A DNA stretch of 64,000 nucleotides. Source: Chrysomallon squamiferum (Eukaryota; Animalia; Mollusca). The notes beneath the pieces are model-generated. The model saw only the letters and a list, made by a program, of their open reading frames with translations, was not told where the DNA came from and searched no databases. Positions 26,753 to 39,568 of the stretch are shown in pieces. The DNA lies in NCBI GenBank assembly GCA_012295275.1, contig CM022672.1, forward strand, positions 23,932,001-23,996,000, in the 5' to 3' direction. Within the stretch, counting starts at the first letter, position 1, and the number at the start of each line of letters is the position of its first letter. The position numbers and the translations under genes were made by a program.

Positions 26753-27100
26753 GTCTGTTTGTGTTTGTGAGTGTGTCCATATATGTTGTATTTTAAAATG
26801 TTATGATATTCTCAAGGGCCTCTGTTATCTAGAACATTGTCCATCCCTGACACAATTAGGAATGGTAATGCACCTGTTGTTCATTTAACTATTCTATTAG
26901 AATTAATTAAGTCACAACTGGAAGCCTAATGATGCATAGAACTTGAGTTTAACGATTACAAAACTCGTAGTTCCATGAATTATTTCCCATTATTTATGTA
27001 AATTACATATTCATTTGCACACACACACACACATATAGAATTCCCCCTCTGTATAATTATAACACTCATTTGTGTAAAATATTGGCTTGGGGAGTTGTAA

Positions 27101-27310
27101 TTCTGAGACATATAGTTTTGTTTTTCTTTCTTTTTTCTCTCTAAATAGAGGATGTCCAAATGAATATTATTCATTTCTGAGACTTTGGTTTTCTTCTTCT
27201 TTTTTTCTCTAAACAGAGGATGTTCACCTTAATAACATTAATTTCTGAGATATAGAATTTTGTTTTCCTTTTTTTCTCTAAACAGAGGATATTCACCTTA
27301 ATAATATTTC
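27101..27310. repeat. ~70-bp tandem repeat, 3 copies
   Basis: TTCTGAGA...TTTTTTCTCTAAACAGAGGATGTTCACCTTAATAA recurs three times with variation. Confidence 0.8.
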
Positions 27311-28003
27311 ACAAAGGAACATGTGTTAATCAATTTTATATGTATATCTGTTATTGTACAAATTTCTGTAGTTCTGAGTAGGGAATAGTGGATTTTCTTA
27401 GTTTACTAAGGAATAAAGTATTATGACATCACATCATGTAGTCCAGTAGATCAGAGTATATATATGTGTGTGTATGTACACATATATACATATTCATTAT
27501 ATCTGTCAGACTATAGTACATGTACTATCATGATATAGTAAAATGCAAAACATCATCTGATTATTTATATGTTCACAAAGACAAAAGTACATGTTCGCTG
27601 CCACAAATGACAGGAAATAAATAAATTAATCAGTAACATATGCTACACTGTTCTTAAACTAATACATTTTGTTGATCTAAATATTCTTCATGCATTTATC
27701 ACTGAGCACTTTCTGAAAGTGGAAAAGTCTATGATTCAAATCATACTCAGATTATGTTATAATAGAGGTTAATGGCTGTAATAACACTAGGAACAATGAG
27801 ACATACTGATTGTCATTAAAGAAACAGTTTATCATATATAATATATCTTATATAGATCTGTCAATTATCTTTAAATTGAAATGAGAATAAAATTATGTCT
27901 TTGCAGATCATTAAGCTAAACAGAAAGAATGAATATATAAATATTTTTATTATCAGTTATTAACTGTCAAGAATATAAATCTGTTTGTTAATATGATAAT
28001 GAC

Positions 28004-28150
28004 AAACAAGAAAAACACTGCTCCATGTTTTTTATTAATAGCAGCAGCACTAAATATTTTAAATACACCTTCCCTTAAACAGTGAAGCATCTATTATATG
28101 GCCTGAGATGAATCTGCAACTGGACACAGGGTGGAATAGGAAATAGACTC
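28004..28150 (-). mobile_element. Degenerate SINE-like fragment, same family
   Basis: AGCAGCAGCACTAAATATTTTAAATACACCTTCCCTTAAACAG...GGACACAGGGTGGAATAGGAAATAG parallels the other copies. Confidence 0.35.
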
Positions 28151-29169
28151 TCTGCAATCCATTAAACAGCACTATAACTGATCAGTACATGCTATTTTCC
28201 TAACAAACACAATAACTGTTAATTTTCATTGAAAATGAAACGTAAAAAGTTCTCTTTAAATGCTTTTTTTATTTCCTTCCTTGATGTGCTTGTCCATTAT
28301 CTTGACTGATAGCAAACTTCATTACAAAAAATGCAAGTTCTGTCTAATTTAAAGAGCACTATACTATTTGTGCTTTCCAGTAAAATCATTACATCTTATC
28401 CTTGTTCTTCTTTCTGGGGATTTGCCTTCTGGGAATAAACACCAAACTCAATCAACCCAGTGTATTAGGCAGATGGAATCAGTTGTCTTTTTAGAGCAAC
28501 ACAGGCAAGATATTTGTGTTTTTAATTCAAGTTTATTTAAAAATCGTAAAACCATCTTAAATATATAGCAAATTTCAAGTGAATCCATTCTTTTTTTTTT
28601 GTTTGTTTTTTTTGTTTGTGTAATTAGAACATATAAAACAATATTGTTTTGAAAAAGAAGAACATGAATTTATTTCTGAGTGATTATGATTTCCTTAATA
28701 ATTATGTTATTTTTAATTGTTTGATATAAATCACCTAAAACAATGTGGAATTGCTTTACAATAATCTGAATCCTTTACAACAGTAACCTATTTATATTTA
28801 AATAGTTTTTTTATTTGTTTTCTACAAAGGTTTTTACATTGTATGCATTTTTCAAACCAGAAAATTATGTTTATTTTGTTTTTTGTTTCCTTTCTTTTAA
28901 TTAATTAATTAATTATTTTGAAATAGGACAATAAAATTAATTAAAAATAATTATTTTCTTTTATCCACTCAGTTAATTCAATAAAAAATTTTTTCCAAAA
29001 TTTATTTAAACCTCTCACTTCAATCTTCCACTCTTATCATGAAGTTTAAATTTTGTTATATATTACATTTACATCACACTGACTTCATTTTCATTATTCT
29101 TTACACTGTCTTTCACAGAAAATCAGACAATAACACATAAAAAAATATACTTTCATTTATGTATTTCAG

Positions 29170-29598
29170 CAGCTAGTTCGACAGCAGTCTGTGTCCTCTC
29201 TTCAGGAAGAACAGCTTGGGAGTCTTCGCCTCAGCATGGATTACAACCACGAGACATCCATCCTCACCGTGACGGTGATAGAGGCTCGGGACATTGTTTC
29301 CAGAGACTTCAGTGGCACAGCCACTCCCTATGTCAAAGTGTCGCTCCTACCGGACCGACGGAACGTACTGCAGAGCAAAATACACGACAAGACAGTGAAT
29401 CCAGTTTTCGATGAGGAGTTTTTGTTTGAAGTTTCTGGAACGAAACTGCCAAACAGCACGTTGGAAGTTTTACTGTATGATTACGATCAGTTTTCGCGGG
29501 ATGAGTGCATCGGTCAGGTACACGTACCGCTGAGTGGAATAAACTTCTCCGAGAAAGTCACTATGTGGAGTGGAATTACTCCATTCGAAAAGAAAGAT
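29170..29598 (+). CDS. Sytalpha: Synaptotagmin coding exon 3: C2A domain
   Basis: Acceptor TTTCAG|CAG (alternative start 29173). Translation LGSLRLSMDY...LTVTVIEARD...PYVKVSLLP...KTVNPVFDEEFLF...LYDYDQFSRDECIGQV is a typical synaptotagmin C2A. Donor GAT|GTAAGC at 29598/29599, phase 0. Confidence 0.95.
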
Positions 29599-29737
29599 GT
29601 AAGCATAGCTTTTGTTCTTTGAATTATTAATATATTGTGTACGTTATATTAATTTGGTATCTTGTTTTTTTGTTGTATGTGTGTGTCTGTATGTGTGTGT
29701 GTGTGTCCCTGTGTTTCTGCATTTGAGTGAGTCTCTC

Positions 29738-29890
29738 TAAAATACAGCATTCACACTTCATACATGTAAAATACTGCATTCATTTTATACAAGTAAAATA
29801 CAGCATTCACACTTCATACATGTAAAATACTGCATTCATTTTATACAAGTAAAATACAGCATTCACACTTTATACATGAAAAATACAGCA
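29738..29890. repeat. Tandem repeat with 56-bp higher-order unit (29-bp A + 27-bp B monomers, ABABA')
   Basis: A=TAAAATACAGCATTCACACTTCATACATG, B=TAAAATACTGCATTCATTTTATACAAG. Confidence 0.9.
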
Positions 29891-30715
29891 GTGATGATAT
29901 CAGTCACACTTCATATAAAGGTGTGTCTAATGAATTCCACATGAACTCAGATATAAAATGGAGCAAGTTCATTTCAGATACAAATAATGTTCATCAGTCC
30001 TTACACGTCATAAATACTTTGTGTGTGACATTCGCAGATATTCATTAACTTATATTCTAATACACTATTAAATAAATATTGACTTCCTTATTGGTTCTGA
30101 AAATATCCATCAATATTTTGACATCAAGGTGTGAGAGAAAACGATGATTAAATTAAGTGCCAAAGATGGATAGTAAATATTAATTTTTTGATTTTGATTT
30201 TAATTAATTTTTTCTTTGCTAAATTACAAAATGTTGTCAATGCATTTCTGTAATATTTATTTTTATTTGGAGTAAGGGCAAGATGTTAAATAAAAGTATT
30301 GCTCAAATTAGATTTTCAGACCAATTTAAATTCCAAATTCTTGATTGATTTTGGGGCTTCCTTGAAAAGTGACAGCTTGATCATGGGTATGGAGATGTAT
30401 AAATTCATTTAATTCTATGTAATCATTTTGCAACATGTAAAAGTTAATGCATTTGCCAAGACAAGGTTACTTCTATTTAAAGTGATATAAACTGGTAATG
30501 CAAGTTCCTAATGTAGTTTGGATGTATATTGATTTTCAACAACTAAGGAAATTGAAGTATTGGTGATTTGGGCTACCACTTACATGGTCTTGGCACTTTT
30601 GCACATGAAATGTAGAATGTCTTAGAAATATGGGATGAAGAAGACACAGAAGTTTGTGACACACGTAAAGAGTTGCAAAAATTACCTGATGTCTGTGATT
30701 TCAGAAAAAGAATAT

Positions 30716-30776
<61 letters not shown>

Positions 30777-31669
30777 CTAACTACTTTCCAAACAAATATC
30801 ATTTATATGGCCATAATTTCATTCACAGATGTTTAAATGTGTATTTTTTTGTTTAAATTATCTTTAATAAAAGAACAGTTTCACATATTAGTATCACTAA
30901 CTGAAATTATTATTATCATTATCCCATTTTTTCATTTCTACTTTCTGAAATAGACATTTAAAAAAAAAAAATTATTTCTTATACTTTTTTCTCTATTTCA
31001 AATTATTATTTTTTTTTTAAATTTATTTATTTATTTACTTATATTATTTTTTGTTGAATATTCATAATATTAAAACTACTGTCTAATCCACAAATCTGTT
31101 TTATCTAGCTTTCAGTATTTCCAATATTGGTATGAACATCTGTTTCAACATAATAAATCACTGTTATTAAAGCATAGTATCTATAATAAGTAAAAGTAGT
31201 TATTATTAACAGAACCATTTAATATCAAGTTATTAAATATATTGCATTTCCTATCTTTATAATTAACATTTAATATAAAAATAAAAAAAGGAACTTACAA
31301 TTTTATTATATTTTTTGGTTTTTGTTTATTAGTAATTCATTTTAAAGCTTATTTGATAATTATTTTCACCTTTAACAAAAACCTATTTTGAAAAACTAAT
31401 AATAAAGGTAAAGGAGTTACATAGAATTCTTTAGTGAATTAATGTTCTTAATGTCTAATAACACCTGAGTGCAAGTTTATGTTAGTAGTTACTAGACATC
31501 AGTCTTGAAATCATTCCCAAGGGCTGTGTTAGCTTGTCATTGTTATAGCAGATATGTAATTTCTTGTGTAATGATGATGAGAAATAAACAAAACCAAACA
31601 AAACAAATAACAACAGCTTCTCTGTGGAGTGTTTGTACTGATTAGGAATGATGTAAGAGAGATGTTATG

Positions 31670-31760
31670 GATTAGCAGCAAAGGATCTCTTACATGCACC
31701 TTCCCACAGACAGGATTACCACTGAAAACTGTGTTGAGGACACTGATGGAATGGGAAAGA
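31670..31760 (-). mobile_element. Degenerate SINE-like core fragment (dispersed family, best-preserved copy)
   Basis: ATTAGCAGCAAAGGATCTCTTACATGCACCTTCCCACAGACAGGAT; related strings recur elsewhere in the window in both orientations. From memory it resembles the core of gastropod tRNA-derived SINEs. Confidence 0.55.
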
Positions 31761-33531
31761 TGCCATCACATTCAGCCTTTAGTCAGTAGATAAATAATAT
31801 GGTTTGTAAAATAATACTTCATCACTTTTTATTTCAAAGTGATCCTATGCTGCACTAAAGAATAACTGTGTGAGCAAACAGGTTTCTCTGTTGTGTATAC
31901 AGACGTGCCTAACGAAGCTGCCAGACTAAATAGCAAGCTACAACATTGACAACTGAGTTTGTTATTAAAGATCTGTTACTTAATTGAGTAACATTTAGTC
32001 TGATTTGTCTCCACATCAGTTTGAAGTCATTCAAGGTGAAATGAAACCATTAAGCCAATTCTACATCTGAAGACGATTCACCAATAATGGCTGATTCTAA
32101 TTAATTTCCATTGATTGCACACTGGCACATGGCTAGAATAATGTGCATGAAATTGATTTGTTTGGATTTTTGTCTTCTTTTCATCCTCACTAAATGGATA
32201 AGTAATTTATTTATGGTTGCTAGTTATGTGTGGTTTATATACATCCTTGTTTGTGAGACAATCAGTGTTCATTCAGTCAGGCTGGAGTTCTGATTTGCAG
32301 ATACAAATTGACAAATGATCATTCCCCAGCAACTACCACTGCTAGTTATTTGAATGCAAGTGATATCTTTAAGTGTTTGTCATTTTCAGATTTTAGTTTA
32401 TTAAATTCTATGTAAAAAATGTACACAAATATAACATTAGGATGCATAATATATCATTTATTATCTATGACATACTGTACATGCATAGATTATATTTGTA
32501 CTGAGTTCTTTATCAAGGATTCCTATCACCCCCAAGTAGTAAGGAAATCAGTAAAATACAAATCCATTTACTCAGCTTAAGGTCAGTGATGTTGCACACC
32601 TTGTTTTTAAAGTATTTTTATAATTATTTCAAAGAGAAATTTCATTAACATTATATTAACAAAATGTTTTTGAATATCTGGTTCAAAACACAAAGTACGT
32701 TTATCTCACAGAACAAGAAATGTGATGCCTTACTTAAACTGATTCAAACTGATTAATAAGCAGGCCAAATATTTGAACACAGACAAATCATGATTGATTT
32801 CTTTTTGTTCTCTTTCACAGATAACTTACACAGCCCTAATATTACATTATAAAGCTTCTATGCATCAAATATTTCTTTTAATAATATAAACATGTTAGGG
32901 AGAAGGAGATTGTGTTGGCAACAGTTGATGTCTTGAGAGCTGTTCAAAAATTACATCATGGCATAAATTTGATAAACAGTATTTCATAATTTCCATTTTA
33001 TCCTTATATAACATTTTAAGTTAATAAATATCCACAAATAAGACTATTTATTCTGGTACTGTTTTCTTTTGTACAGTTCTTATTTAAAACCATTATCATA
33101 ATTATCATCTAAAAGACTTTGCTTTAATAATGACAAGCTTTGTAGTTTCATGAATTATTTTCCATTGATTATGTAAATAACCTCTTCACTTAAATATCTA
33201 TGTATGAGAAACAGTCATATTTTCATATTCAGGATATCAAAAAGTACTAATTTTATTTTATTTTATTTAACAGTGAGTATTGTTTCCCTTGGTCAATATC
33301 TGTTAAACATTTTGAATTTGTTTTCATGATGTGACAAAGTATATACAAAAGGTCTCTTCCTAGTTTGTCACTATTGCCAATAAAAACACAGAAATGTAAT
33401 AATTTTAAAATTATTTTCCACTTTATTGTTACAAAAAAAGACCCCTCCATCACCTGGTCAGATGCATAATACTTTTAATTTAGAAATAATCTGAAGACAT
33501 TGTTTAATGAATTTATAATTATTTTTTTCAG

Positions 33532-33655
33532 CAGCAAGAAGATTTTGGTGATTTGATGTTTTCTCTTAACTACCTCCCAAGTGCTGAACGGCTAACCATT
33601 GTTGTTGCAAAGGCAAGAAATCTGAGACACTCTGAAGATGGGAAGATAACATTAG
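33532..33655 (+). CDS. Sytalpha: Synaptotagmin coding exon 4: start of C2B (QQEDFGDLMFSLNYLPSAERLTIVVAKARNLRHSEDGKITL); not in the ORF track
   Basis: Acceptor TTTTTTTCAG|CAG (alternative start 33535). Hand translation gives the C2B signature GDLMFSLNYLPSAERLTIVVAKARNL. Donor TAG|GTATGT at 33655/33656, phase 1, matching exon 5. Confidence 0.95.
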
Positions 33656-33940
33656 GTATGTGTCACTAATCATTAAATAAACCATTTTTAAGTCTGTGGA
33701 ATATGTTATGTGAGTTGCAAGTTGTTGCATTAAAATGTTCTTAAAAGATTAATAAGGCATATCACAATGTCTATTTTATATACTTACATACATACATACA
33801 TATATATAACTCAGAAAGTCAGCACTCAAGGTCACATTCAGAATTTGTTTTATATTCATAATAATTACATTTGAACTTGTTGACAAGCATCATAAGTATT
33901 TTGCATTCAAATGATTCATAAAGCAAGAAAATGTATGTAT

Positions 33941-33983
<43 letters not shown>

Positions 33984-34567
33984 ATGTATGTGTATGTCTG
34001 TTTGTGTGTGTGTCTGTGTATACAGAATGGTTCATGAATGAATTTACTAGCAGTGGTACAATTATGAACATCCTACTGAAATTACCCCTTGTTCCCTAAT
34101 AACATAGCAACCATGAGTCTGCCATTTTGTAACTCATTGGTGCCTTCAAGCTTTGTGTTGTCACAGAAACAAAGTACATGTTCCTCAAAATGATACTAAT
34201 GACTTATGATTTGTAAGTACCAGCAAATCATAGGTTCTCCCATTTTCAGCATATTCTTCATTGCACTGCACAAACAGCCCATTGATTTCAGCTAAGCCAT
34301 GACCTTAATAAGCAGTGCATATCATATTAAAATATTTTTGTTTGGCTGTTTATTTAAATATGCTGATTATAATAACTGTGTTTCTGTACAACTCAGCCAG
34401 CACATATTTATTATCACCACAAACTAAACTGATGACTGCTGATCACTCTTTCTTTCTCTTTTCTTTAGCTTTATTTTTGGATGTTCTTTCTTCCTTATTA
34501 ATTTTGCTTGTCGTTTCTTTTCTTTTTATTTGTTTTTTTTTTCCATTTTTGGGGGGGGCTATTATTA

Positions 34568-34601
<34 letters not shown>

Positions 34602-34606
34602 AATCA

Positions 34607-34647
<41 letters not shown>

Positions 34648-36572
34648 GTTATATTTTTTACTGTTATTTCAGTGATTTTCTATTTTATCATATTATTTTG
34701 ATTTGTTTTCTTGTTTTATTTTGAAAAATAGTAACATCAATAACAAACTTATAAAAAAATGAACCAAGAACAGCCATTTGAATCATAATATCTTTTTAAA
34801 TAAAATTAAATCGATTTTATATTAGATTTGTTTTGGGAAACTTAGAAGAATATTCAGAGAATAAAAAAGAATCAGCTATAAAAAATGTCTACCTTTAATG
34901 TGATTCTTCATGGATTATGTCAGCCTTAAGGACTTGAATAAAAAATAAAACTTGTATTTAATTATGAATGAAATATTAGTGATGGAAATTTTAACATGGT
35001 TAAAAAAACAAAAATTTCAATAGTTTCACATTGATTTTGCCTTAATAGTTTACTTTTTATTTAATCCTTTCTTTTCTTTCTCCTGATGCACTGGCATTTG
35101 ACATTTTACCAGCTTATATTATAAGCCAGCAAATATAAAACTATATAAGACAAAAGATAAACCAAAAAATTAATATTGACATTTACAGCGTTTTAAAAGA
35201 AAAGCAAAATTAATTTTTGTCTCATATTTTTGGTAGGATAAAAAATGAATGGACAAAGGTCAATAACAGCACAGAGATACTGCTTTGTCATAAATACTGA
35301 ATTATATTTGATTATAGAGAAAAATAAATTGATCTCAGCTTTTATTGTTTTTTAAACAAATCAAAAGAAAAATTAATTTGTCTTATTCTATATAATATTT
35401 AAAATAAAATATTTATTATTTCATTTATTTGTATTTAGCTGAACAAAAGCAGTAGAATGTTTATTTTCTTTAATGTCAGTGCTTTTGATTTCAGGTGGTT
35501 TTTTTTTCAGTTATCATAATTGTAAAGTTCTGTTTTATTTTAATGCAGTCAAACTTGCTAAATAAATTATTAACATTTTGAATAAAAATATTAATTTGTG
35601 GTTTAATATTTCCAGAGAGTAGTGTAATAATATTAAGTTTAAAATTTGTCAGTCACACTGGGCAACATTATTAGAGTTCTTTCCTTTTTCTTTCTTTGCA
35701 ATTTTTAAAACTTTGTGAAAGGTTGCCCTCTGTTTCTAAATGTTGATGCAGCTGCCAATTAACATGTGAAAAAAAAAGTTTATAGCATTTTCTGACAAAC
35801 ACATTAATTTTACATTGATCCCTGTGGTACGCATGTCGTAATTCTGTTACATCAGCTGGTTTTGTTAGAATTCTAGTAATCAGCTGTTCTAAGACTGTTA
35901 ATTCTCCCACTGCTCACAATTATTAATAAAGGAATTGCTTAAAGGCAGACCTTGTGTGATAGGAATATGCATCAGTTTGGGTTATTAGGCTTAAATTCCA
36001 TGTTCATGACATTATATGTTGGACAATTTGGCTTTGAGCTATCTGTATATGAATTGGGGAGAGAGTGGTGGGGGGAGAGTGGATGGAAATACCCTCCCAT
36101 ATTTGCTGAAAACAGGCAAAATGTCAGAAAAATAATATTTATTTTAAGTGGCATGTTGTATGTTTTGTTAACCATATGTCATCAACTGATTATTATTATT
36201 TTTTTTTTTTTTTTATTATCAGTTTGCATGTTTATGTTGTAAAATGCCAGGCAAATCAGAATGACTGTCCCCTTCCTTAACCAAAGAGTCTGGTAGGAGA
36301 AATGCTCCATGCACCCCTATTCCAGTCACTGTTTCATGACTATTATCAAAAACTGTTCAGTTCAAGAAAACATATCCAGAAATTTCTGAAAAGCAAAATT
36401 GCCATGCCAGTTTTGATAATCAGGAAGAAAACACCAAATTGTTCCTTAGAAGACTTCACTATGAATTAATGGATTTAAAAATCTTAATAGATATGATTAT
36501 TAACGGTTATTTGTTCTTAAATATTTGTTACTGATGTTGAAGAAAAGAAACAAAACCAGTTTGTAGTTTTAT

Positions 36573-36700
36573 TATCAACTAACTGCAAGGTGACTTTTTT
36601 TATCACCTTCCTATGGACAAAAAACACATACCACAGTTTCTGATAGTTCATCTGTGGAAGAAAAATGCCCGCTTAGGCAATTTGATTCTACAACTCTTCA
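36573..36700 (-). mobile_element. Degenerate SINE-like fragment, same family
   Basis: CTGCAAGGTGACTTTTTTATCACCTTCCTATGGACAAAAAACACATACCACAG parallels the other copies. Confidence 0.35.
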
Positions 36701-37316
36701 GACGAATGGAAAATACAGACTTAATTTAATAATTTCTTGTCTCTCTGAGAGATTACTATCTTCTTTTTTTTTTCTTTTATATTTTTCACCAACCGTTTCC
36801 AGTTTCTTGTTCTAATTTCCTCTTCTTCTGCTATTTCAGCTTCTTCTGTTCTTATTTGTTGTTTCTTCTGCTTATATTGATAACATCAATATTTTGATTT
36901 TTTTTTTTGCAAAAGTTTAATAAATGATGCTTTGATGGTGGGTTTCTTTTTGATGATAAATGAATATTTCTATTACATTCAGGTTGCTATTTATTTATAA
37001 ACTGCAGAAAATCTATCACTTAAAAGTAAACTATTTTATTTGTGGAATTAATCTATGTTCAGTATGAAGTGCACTCAGTACAACTAGAAATGCATTATAA
37101 AAGAAAACCATCATTATTGGTTAGAATCAAAATGAATCCTTAATGCTCTTTTACTGAATAACATACAATATATACATTCATGAAACGAAACAATACAAAT
37201 ATATTTTGACAATAAACCATCATATCTAAACCTTTATGCCAATACATATCATTCATGAATGAATAATTTTGTTATTTCATAATCACAAGCTTTAGAAATG
37301 ATAGTTTCTACAGTAC

Positions 37317-37452
37317 TCTTTATGGTCATTCTCTCATCTGGAATTATGACCATGCTCAGGTCTGAATTTATGGTTATTATCATGCTTAGCTTTATGGTTA
37401 TGTTACATTTTGGATTTATGGTTATTTTGAGCTGAGCTTCATGGTTATGTTC
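37317..37452. repeat. Degenerate 24-bp tandem repeat
   Basis: TTTATGGTTAT/TTCATGGTTAT recurs at 24-nt spacing. Confidence 0.6.
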
Positions 37453-38366
37453 AAAGTTAAACTGTCCGAATAATTTGTGAGTAAGCACAGACATTATGTA
37501 TAAAATAAATTTATAGGTTCTGTATTGTTGTTACTGTAGTCTATGATTCTGTTACTACTAGTGCTACCACTGCTCTTATACCCAGTAATGCTGCTACTAA
37601 AGCTGCTATTACCACCACTGTAGCTACTACTTCTATTACTACAGTTACTGCTATTACTGCTTCTGCTAACCCACTATTATTACTGTTATAACTATTACTA
37701 TACTCTTATTATTACTGCTATTATTACTAGCAGTAGCAGTACTAGTAGCAGTAGTAATAACAGTACAGGAATAGTAGCTGTTGTAGGAAAAGCAGTAGGA
37801 GTAGCAGCAGCAGTGGCAATGGTAATAACAGTAGTCATGCCTGTTACAGTTACTACTACTGCTATTAATATATTTCTAGGGCACATACTAACCAGCTGCC
37901 ATGACTAGAAGTGTTTTTATTACCACTACTAAATCATCATATTATTAATATTGTTATTGATATTATTCTGACACTTCTCTTTGTGTGAAAAATCTATCAT
38001 GATTCACCGATCAAATCAGCTGTCCTGTATCACATGTGACAGAAATATGATTAAACTGGCACCCACCAGGTAAATGAAAATAATGTTTACACACACTCGT
38101 GGAAATATTTAATTTAGCTCCACAGTGATATTCACAACACAGTGAAGTATTTTGGCAGTGATTGATATAAATGTTGAAATTTAAAGAAAATTGTCTCACC
38201 ACTTAATAAATAAGATGAGATTAAATTCCCTAAACGCTAAAGAATCTGGGCAGATACTTTTTTGTTAATGACCAAGAATAGACAATTATAGGAAGAAAAT
38301 GTCGGAATTGACAGAAACATTAAGATCTGATATGACTTCATTATTCCTGATTAGTGTAGAAAAGGT

Positions 38367-38479
<113 letters not shown>

Positions 38480-39269
38480 TAATACCAATATTAATGATGT
38501 GGATGATCTATGAAATAGCAGGCTGCACACCATCAGTCTGCTGTGTTAAATGTAGACAATGTCAACACATACTGACTTGGAGCTCACCTTTTAAAGATGA
38601 CAGAAAATCTGAGTGACTGAAGGTTTAGCACATAGACATACAGACAGAAAGAAAACAAAGTTAGATAAATTTATACAGGTAGCCCCCAAAAAGACAGGGA
38701 GATAGGTTCATAAATTGATTGAAAGATACATGAAGGGATGGATTTATGTTGAAATATAAATAGACAAATATAGAGATATATAAGCAAATAGATGGTACCA
38801 GATAATCAGAGAGAGAAAATGAAACACGAAAAAAGGATTAAATTATTACAATTAAGCATAATAGAAAATTAGTAAAAGGTAAATACGTTAAGAAAATTTA
38901 TCTATAAATATTTTTGTTTTTTAACTGTTTAAAATCAACATATTGTCTTTCTAGCTGCATTTTCCAGGAGTGTTTTCAGTGTAGTCAAGTGTGGCATTGC
39001 TATTCAACTGTTATCTTGGTTGACTCACATTTAATCAAGTGATGGTTCAAGCACATATTTAATCACATATTTCTAAATGTGACAGTCATGTTCAGATTTA
39101 TCTTGCCTGTCTGTCTTCAGGTCACTTTCACAATGGTTCTTCATTTATGTGGGGGTTTTTTTTTTCAAAAATAAAATATTGCAGTATTCTTTAAATTCTT
39201 GAGCTGATATCTGTAAAACCTCAGTGCTCAGAAACAGACATCTCATTCTACTTTGTCTTATTTTTTCAG

Positions 39270-39568
39270 ATCCCTTTGTGAAAGCAATGTTGTTCTATGG
39301 TGGTAAGAAGCTCAAGAAGAAGAAGACGTCAACGAAACACAACACCTGTAATCCTGTGTGGAACGAAGCTTTGGTGTTTAACCTGAGTAAAGAACACCTG
39401 GAAAGCTTGTATCTTGATCTGGTTGTCTTTCATGACAATAAAATAGGTAATGATGAACTGTTAGGGAAGGTTCGACTCGGACCTAGTTCAGAGGGTGATG
39501 AGAGAGATCACTGGAGGGACTTGGTACAGGAGAAAACAGCCACTGCAAGGTGGCACAATCTTTCTTGA
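39270..39568 (+). CDS. Sytalpha: Synaptotagmin coding exon 5: rest of C2B to stop codon
   Basis: Acceptor TTTTTTCAG|AT completes G|AT (Asp), giving DPFVK, polybasic KKLKKKKT, NPVWNEALVF, HW, and the terminal WHNL motif of synaptotagmins. TGA at 39566-39568. Confidence 0.95.

Noticed and set aside
36030-36330. G-rich/C-rich-ended segment suggesting a decayed non-autonomous DNA transposon
   Set aside because: I could not define convincing TIRs or a target-site duplication.
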